From Patescibacteria group bacterium (GTDB taxonomy: Bacteria; Patescibacteriota; Patescibacteriia; Patescibacteriales; JBAZCA01), in assembly GCA_041671125.1 (NCBI GenBank), contig JBAZCA010000003.1, positions 128,689 to 192,688 of the forward strand: a stretch of 64,000 nucleotides of DNA, given 5' to 3'. The position numbers and the translations under genes were made by a program. The stretch's first letter is position 1; each line of letters begins with the position of its first letter. The notes below the pieces were generated by a model that saw only the letters and a program-made list of their open reading frames with translations, was not told the DNA's origin and did no database searches. Of this stretch, positions 55,161 through 64,000 are shown in pieces.

Positions 55161-55573
55161 TAAAATTTTCACCTCTCTTTCTAGCTCCCCGGTTGCCGTT
55201 TTGGCGCTTTTGGCGGCCAAAAACGACAATTGAGGAAATTCCGGTGATTTATTTTGACAGCTTATCTAACGCTTGCTATATAAACTCTAAACTTATGGCA
55301 GACTATATTCTCTATAAATTAGAAAACCATGCTAAAATATTCACCTTTAAATATAATAGCAAAATAGCGCCGCAAAGTCAATGACAACGGCTATCCTGAC
55401 GACGGGAAAGGGCAATGCCCTGGTTTTCGGAGTTGTATGCGTTTTTTTAGGCAAAATCCCGGGATTAGCCGGCTTTTTCGCGGTTTTTATGGGCTTTTTT
55501 TGAGGTTGCCGAAAATTGCCTGAGTTGGTATGCTAAGGGAAAGAAATTCGGATAATTAATTAACGTGAAAAAT

Positions 55574-55930
55574 ATGGAAACATTAATCAAAATAGTTTTA
55601 AACGCCTTGGCGGTGATGGCCGCGGCTTATCTTCTACCCGGCATAGCCGTAGAAAATTTTTTATTCGCCGCGTTAGCCGCGTTAGTTTTGGCGCTGATAA
55701 ACGCCACTTTAAAACCTCTCCTTGTAATCCTCACCCTGCCGGTTACTATTTTTACGCTGGGACTTTTTTATTTCGCAATCAACGCGCTTATGGTCATGCT
55801 CGCCGGCTGGATTGTCCCGGGTTTTTCGGTTAGCGGTTTTTTTTCTGCCCTTTTATTCAGCCTGATTTTTACCGCGATCAAATTTTTACTGGACCGGATT
55901 TTCGGATCAGAAGAAGGAAAGAAATTTTAA
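55574..55930 (+). CDS. Phage-holin-4_2/YvlD-like four-TM membrane protein
   Basis: YLLPGI.V......A...A.VLALINATLKPLLVILTLP.TIFTLGLF.F.INA pattern. A GTG at 55565 is an alternative start. Confidence 0.65.
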   Translation: METLIKIVLNALAVMAAAYLLPGIAVENFLFAALAALVLALINATLKPLLVILTLPVTIFTLGLFYFAINALMVMLAGWIVPGFSVSGFFSALLFSLIFTAIKFLLDRIFGSEEGKKF

Positions 55931-55995
55931 CGGTTAACGGCGATTTATCGGAAACTTATTAAGCCGTCAGGCTATTTATTTTTACCATAAAAAAT

Positions 55996-56961
55996 ATGCC
56001 AGAAGAAAATAATAAAAAAAAGTATCCGGCTGGCGTTTTGGCCGGAGTAATCGCTTTTTCAACTTTGCTCATCATCTTAGTTTTTGTTTTTGGAGCGAGA
56101 ATTTTTAGCGGTGAAGACGGCTGGATTTGCTCGGAAGGGAAATGGGTGAGGCACGGACACCCAAGCTCTCCGGCGCCTGATACTCTCTGTCCGGGCGGAG
56201 TGGAAAATGGCGGGAATAATAACGGTGGCGTTCCGGATGATGGGCCGGAAGACGAGCCGGAGGCCAATATCCGCGTTTCGGCGCCAAAACCGGGCGCTGA
56301 AATCGGCATGCCGGTTATTATTAAAGGTCAGGCTCGGGTTTTTGAAAATACTTTTACCTACCGGGTAAAAGACGCTCGCGGCAAAATACTTATTGAAAAA
56401 AACGCGATGACATCCGCCCCGGACGCGGGAATCTTCGGCGATTTTTCCGTGGAAACCAACTACGAAGTTCCGGAAACCGAAACCGGGACAGTTGAAGTTT
56501 TTGAATATTCGGCCAAAGATGGTTCGGAAATCAATATGGTCAGCGTTCCGGTCAGGTTCGGAAAAGTTGAAACCATGAAAGTGGAAGTTTATTTTAGCAA
56601 TATAGAATTTGATCCCGATTCCATAAACTGCGGTAAAGTTTATTCCGTTCTAAGGGATATCCCGAAAACCGAGGCTCCGGCCCGGGCGGCGCTTACCGAG
56701 CTTTTATCCGGCTTAAGAATAGAAGAAGTTGATGGCGGATATTTTACCAGCCTGAATGAGGGAGTTAAAATCCAGAAATTATCCATTGAAAATAAAATCG
56801 CCCGGGTTGATTTTAACAGGGAGCTTGAACTCTCAGTCGGCGGTTCCTGCCGGGTAACGGCGATCCGCGCGCAAATAACCGAAACCTTAAAGCAGTTTCC
56901 GACCGTGGAGGATGTTATTATTTCAATTGACGGGCGGACTGAAGATATTTTACAGCCGTGA
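55996..56961 (+). CDS. Membrane-anchored Gmad2 Ig-like + GerMN domain protein
   Basis: TM anchor. The beta-rich domain pattern V..P.....I..P..I.G.A.VFE.TF..RV.D. The C-terminal GerMN-like region. Confidence 0.55.
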   Translation: MPEENNKKKYPAGVLAGVIAFSTLLIILVFVFGARIFSGEDGWICSEGKWVRHGHPSSPAPDTLCPGGVENGGNNNGGVPDDGPEDEPEANIRVSAPKPGAEIGMPVIIKGQARVFENTFTYRVKDARGKILIEKNAMTSAPDAGIFGDFSVETNYEVPETETGTVEVFEYSAKDGSEINMVSVPVRFGKVETMKVEVYFSNIEFDPDSINCGKVYSVLRDIPKTEAPARAALTELLSGLRIEEVDGGYFTSLNEGVKIQKLSIENKIARVDFNRELELSVGGSCRVTAIRAQITETLKQFPTVEDVIISIDGRTEDILQP

Positions 56962-57018
56962 TTTTTTAAAGGCAAAACTTATGGAAGGGCGGGAAATAGC
57001 GGAAATTAATATTTTTTT

Positions 57019-57321
57019 ATGACCGGGTTTTTTAAATTTATTAAAGAGCAGGGCATTGTCGGACTGGCCATGGGTTTTATTCTCGGCGGATCCATCAATA
57101 AGATGATCAGCTCGCTCGTAAACGATATTATCCAGCCGGCGATCGGCCTTTTAATCGGCAATAAGCAGGGAGAGCTGGCGGCGGCCCATTACAAAACCGT
57201 CGCGTACGGAAGTTTTATGGCTAATGCCATTGATTTTATAATTATCGCCGTCCTGGTTTACATAGCTTTCAGGACTATGAAGCTGGACAAAATTGAACTA
57301 CCGGGTATGCCGAAGAAATAA
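57019..57321 (+). CDS. mscL: Large-conductance mechanosensitive channel
   Basis: F..F......G.V..LA.G...G......I..SLV.DII.P..GLL pattern. Two TM helices. About 100 aa. Confidence 0.85.
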   Translation: MTGFFKFIKEQGIVGLAMGFILGGSINKMISSLVNDIIQPAIGLLIGNKQGELAAAHYKTVAYGSFMANAIDFIIIAVLVYIAFRTMKLDKIELPGMPKK

Positions 57322-57377
57322 ACTAGAACTTACGCGCTTGCGAAAGTTCTAATAAAGATAACCTGAAAGATTAACTT

Positions 57378-58301
57378 ATGATCAGTATTTATCACAACAC
57401 CGTCACAGAGAGGAGGCTGAAAAAAGTCAGGGATTTTGTTTCTTTGAGCTGGATCAGCCTGGTTAAGCCCCAGACGGAAGAAATAAAAAAAATCAGCAAG
57501 CTCCTTAACCTTCCCTTAGACGCTTTTGAAGACAGCCTTGACGAATTTGAGTTGCCGCGGGTCAAGGTAATCGGCCGCAATGCCATAATAATTCTTCGGG
57601 TCGGCACAGAAAGCGACAAAGGTTATAAAACCACCCCGCTAACAATAATCCTCAGCGAAAAATATATCACCACCATAGTCCGGGAAGAGAACGGGATAAT
57701 TGACGACCTGGCTAAAGAAAGAATTGAAGTTTATACCACCCAGCAGTCCAATTTTTTCATTAAAATATCCATGAGGATAATTGATAATTACCAAAAATAC
57801 ATTAATGTCATTAACCGGAGCGTGCAGAATAAAAAAAGAAACCTTAATAACATCCGAAAAAATGATATTTTGACTTTGGTGGAAAACGAGGAAATTTTAA
57901 ATAACTTCGCCGCTTCGCTTTCACCGACCATTAGCACCATAAAAAAAATCATTCAGCATAATTACATCAACCTCTACCATCAGGATAAGGAGCTGATGAA
58001 TGACCTTTTGATTGATGGCGAGCAGGTTTTAGAACTTTGCCTTACCAATTTAAAAACCATTAAAAACGTCCGCGACGGCTATACCACGGCCATGTCAATT
58101 GATATGAATCTGACCGTCCAAATGCTGACCTACATAACCGCGATATTTACCATCCCCATGGTAGTCGCTTCAACCTACGGCATGAACATCCGCCTGCCGC
58201 TTGCCGACCGGGATGATACCTTTTTCATTTTAGCCGGCGGAACCGCGGCTTTGGTTTTTATAGTGATGCTGATTTTCCTTTACATAAGAAAAAAGAGCTA
58301 A
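57378..58301 (+). CDS. corA: CorA-family magnesium/cobalt transporter
   Basis: C-terminal two TM helices with the YGMN signature. Confidence 0.85.
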   Translation: MISIYHNTVTERRLKKVRDFVSLSWISLVKPQTEEIKKISKLLNLPLDAFEDSLDEFELPRVKVIGRNAIIILRVGTESDKGYKTTPLTIILSEKYITTIVREENGIIDDLAKERIEVYTTQQSNFFIKISMRIIDNYQKYINVINRSVQNKKRNLNNIRKNDILTLVENEEILNNFAASLSPTISTIKKIIQHNYINLYHQDKELMNDLLIDGEQVLELCLTNLKTIKNVRDGYTTAMSIDMNLTVQMLTYITAIFTIPMVVASTYGMNIRLPLADRDDTFFILAGGTAALVFIVMLIFLYIRKKS

Positions 58302-58304
58302 TTT

Positions 58305-59330
58305 ATGAAAGAACCGCAAGACCAAAAAAGAATAATTTCGGTTAAGGAAGAGGAAGGCGACAAGACGCTTGATTTGTCGCTTAGGCCGGGGAGCCTCGCC
58401 GAATATATTGGTCAGAAAAAAATAAAAGACAACCTTGAAATTTCCATCATGGCCGCCAAAGCGAGGCAGGAGCCTTTGGAGCATGTCCTTCTTTACGGCG
58501 CTCCGGGGCTCGGAAAAACCACGCTGGCGCACGTCATTGCTAATGAGATGGGTGCCGGTCTAAGGATAACTTCCGGGCCGGCTATAGAAAAATCCGGAGA
58601 TTTAGCGGCGATTTTAACTAACCTTTCGGAAGGTGATTTACTTTTCATTGACGAGATCCACCGTTTAAACCGGACCATAGAGGAAATACTTTATCCGGCC
58701 ATGGAAGATTACGCCCTGGATATTATCATCGGTAAAGGCCCGTCAGCCCGGACGCTTAGGATTGATTTGCCGAAGTTCACCATCATCGGCGCGACAACAA
58801 AAACCAGCCTGATTTCGGCGCCTTTACGCGACCGGTTCGGCATGGTTTACCACCTCAATTTTTACGAAGGCGAAGAAATAGAAAAAATTGTCAGCCGGAG
58901 CGCCGGGATTTTAAAGGTGGAAATGGAGAACGAGGCGCTACGCGAGGTGGCTTCGCGCTCCCGCCGGACGCCCCGAGTGGCGAACCGGCTGTTAAAAAGG
59001 GTTCGCGACTATTGCGAAGTAAAGGGCGACGGCCGGGTGGATAATAATATTTGTTCCCTGGCTTTTGACCTTCTTGAAGTGGACGAGCTCGGACTGGACG
59101 CCATAGACCGGAAAATATTGGAAGTGATAATTGATAAGTTTAATGGCGGGCCGGTCGGGGTAAATACTCTCGCCGCCGCCACCGGCGAAGACATGGACAC
59201 AGTGGAGGATGTTTACGAACCCTATCTTTTACAGCTCGGATTTTTAGACCGCTCTCCCCGGGGCCGGATCGCGACTGATTTGGCCTACCGGCATTTAGGT
59301 CGGAAGAAAAAAGGGCAGGCCAGCTTTTAA
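58305..59330 (+). CDS. ruvB: Holliday junction helicase RuvB
   Basis: [31 protein letters not shown] sensor. Confidence 0.95.
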   Translation: MKEPQDQKRIISVKEEEGDKTLDLSLRPGSLAEYIGQKKIKDNLEISIMAAKARQEPLEHVLLYGAPGLGKTTLAHVIANEMGAGLRITSGPAIEKSGDLAAILTNLSEGDLLFIDEIHRLNRTIEEILYPAMEDYALDIIIGKGPSARTLRIDLPKFTIIGATTKTSLISAPLRDRFGMVYHLNFYEGEEIEKIVSRSAGILKVEMENEALREVASRSRRTPRVANRLLKRVRDYCEVKGDGRVDNNICSLAFDLLEVDELGLDAIDRKILEVIIDKFNGGPVGVNTLAAATGEDMDTVEDVYEPYLLQLGFLDRSPRGRIATDLAYRHLGRKKKGQASF

Positions 59331-59334
59331 TAAT

Positions 59335-60477
<1,143 letters not shown>

Positions 60478-60670
60478 CGTGATATTACTAAGGATATGCA
60501 TTATTATGTTGTTTTGGTGTAATTGGTTGGTTTTTCTTGACCAAATTCTCTTATTTAATTATACTAAAGCTAGCAATTACAAAATAATTAAGGACATAGG
60601 GTTTATAGGGTATAGCATTTAGATTTTTATCTTTCCATGCCCCGCACCCTATGCCCCGCACCCTATTAAT

Positions 60671-60865
60671 ATGGTCCAGATGAAAAGGCACACCCGCCAT
60701 TCCACCTTATCCCGGAGGGCACATCACGCTTTAAAAAAAGTTAAAACCGGAGTCTGCCCGAAATGCGCGAAGCCGGTCAAGCCGCACCACGCCTGCGCGT
60801 TTTGCGGAACCTACCGGGGACGCGACGTTCTTAAAGTTAAAGCCAAAAAGGCGAAGAAAAAATAG
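60671..60865 (+). CDS. rpmF: 50S ribosomal protein L32
   Basis: Basic N-terminus and CPKC...CAFCG zinc ribbon. About 60 aa. Confidence 0.85.
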   Translation: MVQMKRHTRHSTLSRRAHHALKKVKTGVCPKCAKPVKPHHACAFCGTYRGRDVLKVKAKKAKKK

Positions 60866-60926
60866 GGAGGGCGTGGGGGTGTTTTATATCAAGGCAACCC
60901 TAAACCTTAAACCCTAAACCTTAAAA

Positions 60927-61364
60927 ATGTCCAACAGACATCTTGCTCGCACCATCGCCATGCAAACTTTATTCCTTTGGGATTTCAAAGGAGGGGATGT
61001 TGATGTTGAAAAAGTCCTGAGGGAAAATTTTAATAATTTCGCGCCGGAGTTTGACGATAACGGATTCGCCCTAAACCTTGTTAAAGGGGTTATGTCAAAC
61101 CTTGAAGAGATTGACCGGAAAATTATAAAGTACGCGACTGACTGGCCGCTTTCCCAGATTACGACGGTTGACCGGAATATCCTCCGTATCGGCGTTTTTG
61201 AACTGCTTCTTGACAAGGACATACCGGAGAAGGTGGCGATTAACGAAGCCATAGAAATTGCCAAAAATTTCGGCGGTGAAGCTTCGGGACGGTTTGTTAA
61301 CGGGGTTTTGGGCGCGATCTATAATGATTTATTTAAGAATAAGAAAATAGTAAACAGTAAATAG
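60927..61364 (+). CDS. nusB: Transcription antitermination factor NusB
   Basis: R..AR..A.Q.LF..D pattern, W......[21 protein letters not shown]. Confidence 0.9.
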   Translation: MSNRHLARTIAMQTLFLWDFKGGDVDVEKVLRENFNNFAPEFDDNGFALNLVKGVMSNLEEIDRKIIKYATDWPLSQITTVDRNILRIGVFELLLDKDIPEKVAINEAIEIAKNFGGEASGRFVNGVLGAIYNDLFKNKKIVNSK

Positions 61365-61422
61365 TAAACAGATGCTAGCTCAGAGTCTACTATTTACTAT
61401 TTGCTATTGTCTGTTTACTGGG

Positions 61423-62118
61423 ATGAAAGACTTTAGCGAGCTGGAAAAAAAGATAGAAACAAAATTTAAGAATAAAGGACTTCTAAGGCAGGCGGTTGTC
61501 CACCGGTCTTACTTAAACGAACATCCTGATTTTGAGCTCGGGCATAACGAGCGGTTTGAATTTTTGGGCGACGCGGTTTTAGAACTCATTGTGACGGAAA
61601 AATTATTTTACCAGTTTCCCGAAACGCCGGAAGGCATCCTTACGAGCTGGCGGGCGAGTTTAGTTAACGCGGAAATGCTCGCCGATATAGCGATTGAGCT
61701 TGGGATAGAAGATTATCTTTACCTTTCCCGGGGAGAATCCAAGGATAAAAATACCAAAGCCCGGCGCTATATATTGGCGAACGCGGTTGAAGCGTTAATC
61801 GGCGCTATATATCTTGACCAGGGAACGCCGGCATCGGAAAAATTCATAAAAAAATGGATCTACTCAAAGCTGGACAACATCCTTAAGAACGAATTGTATC
61901 TGGATCCGAAATCAAGGTTCCAGGAAAAAGCTCAGGAAATAAACGGCGTTACGCCGCATTACAAAGTCCTCGGCGAGACTGGCCCGGACCACGCAAAAAT
62001 TTTTGAGATTGGATTGTATTTAGGGGAAGAACTGGTCGCCAAAGGCAAAGGTTCTTCAAAGCAGGAAGCGCAGGTTGAAGCGGCAAGGAAGGGAATTAAG
62101 AAAAGAGGCTGGGTATAA
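61423..62118 (+). CDS. rnc: Ribonuclease III
   Basis: Signature NERFEFLGDAVLE. C-terminal dsRBD (KS.FQE...., G.G.SK.EA...AA). ATG at 61423 lies outside the hairpin repeat. Confidence 0.9.
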   Translation: MKDFSELEKKIETKFKNKGLLRQAVVHRSYLNEHPDFELGHNERFEFLGDAVLELIVTEKLFYQFPETPEGILTSWRASLVNAEMLADIAIELGIEDYLYLSRGESKDKNTKARRYILANAVEALIGAIYLDQGTPASEKFIKKWIYSKLDNILKNELYLDPKSRFQEKAQEINGVTPHYKVLGETGPDHAKIFEIGLYLGEELVAKGKGSSKQEAQVEAARKGIKKRGWV

Positions 62119-62158
62119 AAATTAATCCCGTTTTTTAATTGAGCCTTAACTAATAAAT

Positions 62159-63169
62159 ATGACACTTAAAGAAATTTTTAAAATCGCCGCGGAAAAAAAA
62201 GCTTCCGATGTGCACCTGGTAGTAAATCAGGCGCCGATTTTTCGGGTGGATGGGAAATTAAAAGAATCGGCCGGCAAAAAGATCAGCCGCAAGGAAATGG
62301 CGGATCTAATTTTTCCCATATTGACCAATGAACAGAAAAACCTTTTTATTGCTAATAAAGAACTGGATATCGGCATCGAAAATGATAACGGAACAAGGTT
62401 CCGAGTCAACGTATATCTGGAAAAAGACAACATCGCGTTAGTGGCGCGGATTATACGGCAGGAAATTCCCACGCTGGAAGAATTAAAGATGCCCGAAGTG
62501 GTTAAGGAACTTTTAGACCTAAAACAGGGTTTGATTTTGATAGTCGGGCCGACGGGCTGCGGAAAATCAACCAGTCTGGCCGCGATGGTTGGTTATTTAA
62601 ATAATAAATATCCATATAAAATAGTCACCCTTGAGGATCCGATTGAATATGTTTTTTCTCCAGTGAAGAGCGTAATAGTACAAAGGCAACTTGGAACCGA
62701 CATGTTAAACTTTTCCGAGGGTTTAAAGCACGCCTTAAGGCAAGACCCGAATGTTATTATGGTCGGGGAAATGAGGGATTTGGAAAGTATTGCCACCACC
62801 ATTACTCTGGCTGAGACCGGACATTTGGTTTTGGCCACCTTACACACTTTTGACGCCGCCCAGACTATCAATAGAATTATTGACGCTTTTCCTTCCGGCC
62901 AGCAGAATCAGATCCGCTCCCAGCTCGCCATTACACTAATCTCCATTATTTCCCAAAGACTGATTCCGGCTTCAGGCGGCGGCAGAGCGGCGGCGAGGGA
63001 AATATTAATCAATAATTCGGCGGCGGCTAATTTAATTCGGGAAGGAAAAGTCGCGCAGATTTCTCATGTAATTGAAACCGGCGCCAAAGACGGGATGATT
63101 AGTTTTAAAAGAGATGTAGACAGGCTTTATAAGGAGAAAATAATTGATAAAGAAATTGACCCCGAATAA
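62159..63169 (+). CDS. pilT: PilT-family type IV pilus retraction ATPase
   Basis: ASDVHL, Walker A GPTGCGKST, GEMRD, HLVLATLHT (His box). Confidence 0.85.
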   Translation: MTLKEIFKIAAEKKASDVHLVVNQAPIFRVDGKLKESAGKKISRKEMADLIFPILTNEQKNLFIANKELDIGIENDNGTRFRVNVYLEKDNIALVARIIRQEIPTLEELKMPEVVKELLDLKQGLILIVGPTGCGKSTSLAAMVGYLNNKYPYKIVTLEDPIEYVFSPVKSVIVQRQLGTDMLNFSEGLKHALRQDPNVIMVGEMRDLESIATTITLAETGHLVLATLHTFDAAQTINRIIDAFPSGQQNQIRSQLAITLISIISQRLIPASGGGRAAAREILINNSAAANLIREGKVAQISHVIETGAKDGMISFKRDVDRLYKEKIIDKEIDPE

Positions 63170-63172
63170 CCC

Positions 63173-63200
63173 TTGACAAGGTTTTTAAATGGGGTATAAT
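63173..63200 (+). promoter_or_regulatory. Consensus sigma-70 promoter (TTGACA, 16 nt, TATAAT) overlapping the end of pilT
   Basis: Both hexamers are exact matches. Confidence 0.55.
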
Positions 63201-63300
63201 AAATATCACTGATTAAATCTCAATTATTTATGGATAGAATAAACATAAATCATAAATTCAAAAGCGGTTAATAAACACGTCCGTATTAATGCGTTTATTG

Positions 63301-63321
63301 GCCGCCGGAAGGCGGTTTTTT
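63301..63321 (+). terminator. Rho-independent terminator
   Basis: CCGCC-GGAA-GGCGG stem followed by T6. Confidence 0.7.
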
Positions 63322-63529
63322 AGTCCCCCGGAAAATTCCATAACTCATAACCCATAACTCATAACCCGATCCGAAAGATGCAAAGCGAGTTATAAGTTAT
63401 AGGCTAGAAGTTATGGATAGCTATGATCAAACCGATGAACTTTGACAATTGAATATTAGAGAACCAAAAATAGAAAATTTTCGTCAATTATATATCACAC
63501 TTCGGAGCTTTAGGCGGCTCCGAGTCAAA

Positions 63530-64000
63530 AGTGTGGGAAAATCTCGTAAGAGTATATGGTGGATGCCTTGACGCAAAAAGACGATGAAGGACGCAGCAGC
63601 CTGCGATAAGCTTCGGTGAGGTGGCAAGCAACCTTTGACCCGAGGATTTCCGAATGGGGAAACCCTTCCCGTTGAAGACGGGAAATCCGTATTTTGAATA
63701 CATAGATTTACGGAGGAGTACCCGGGGAACTGAAACATCTAAGTACCCGGAGGAAAAGAAACGAATAAATGTTAGTTAATTAGTGATTATTCTAGTCACT
63801 AATTAACTAATAAGATTCCCTGAGTAGTGGCGAGCGAAAGGGGAGAAGTCTAAACTTTTATAACCGCGTTTTTCTTTGTACTTGTACAAAGGGGAACAGA
63901 AGGCGCCAGAGCCATATGTTATAGAGGTGTTGCAAGATTGGTGCTTCTTCTTTTCTGGAAAAAAGAAGGTGAAGTCATAAAAGGCAGTTGTTAGCTTAAG
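63530..64000 (+). rRNA. rrl: 23S rRNA, 5' domain I (continues beyond the window). The 5' boundary is approximate.
   Basis: GGTGGATGCCTTG, GATGAAGGACG, CTGCGATAAGC, TTTCCGAATGGGGAAACC, GGGGAACTGAAACATCTAAGTACC, AGTAGTGGCGAGCGAAAGGGGA. Confidence 0.95.

Overview
This window is a gene-dense, streamlined bacterial chromosome segment. I infer a Patescibacteria/CPR-like lineage from four traits: a 23S rRNA with no 16S upstream, ribosomal proteins and RecA with charged terminal extensions, CxxC/RGG zinc-ribbon and VirB2-like small proteins, and very short intergenic spacers. Most of it is housekeeping: copA, a Rrf2-nifS-iscU Fe-S operon, rbfA, lspA, smc, comM/yifB, recA, efp, rpsF-ssb-rpsR, rpsP-KH-trmD, an agmatine-to-spermidine polyamine cluster, ruvB, queA, rpmF, nusB, rnc, pilT, four tRNAs and the 5' end of 23S rRNA. 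The accessory part lies at about 39.1-48.2 kb. A 5.9-kb integrative element sits at tRNA-Ser(CGA), bounded by a 19-bp direct repeat. It carries a large serine recombinase whose ORF crosses the att site. It also carries a controller/REase/C5-MTase system and an overlapping pair of a TM protein and a minimal cGAS/SMODS-like nucleotidyltransferase. Long near-perfect inverted repeats organise the element's interior. Directly downstream is a second restriction-modification locus whose methyltransferase is fused to a complete, apparently cleavable LexA (wHTH + S24) module, followed by a decayed tRNA-Ser fragment. Genome-wide, families of short-word hairpin repeats fill intergenic spacers and also occur in frame inside conserved genes and in the 23S rRNA. 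All functional calls rest on motifs read by eye. No database search was run.
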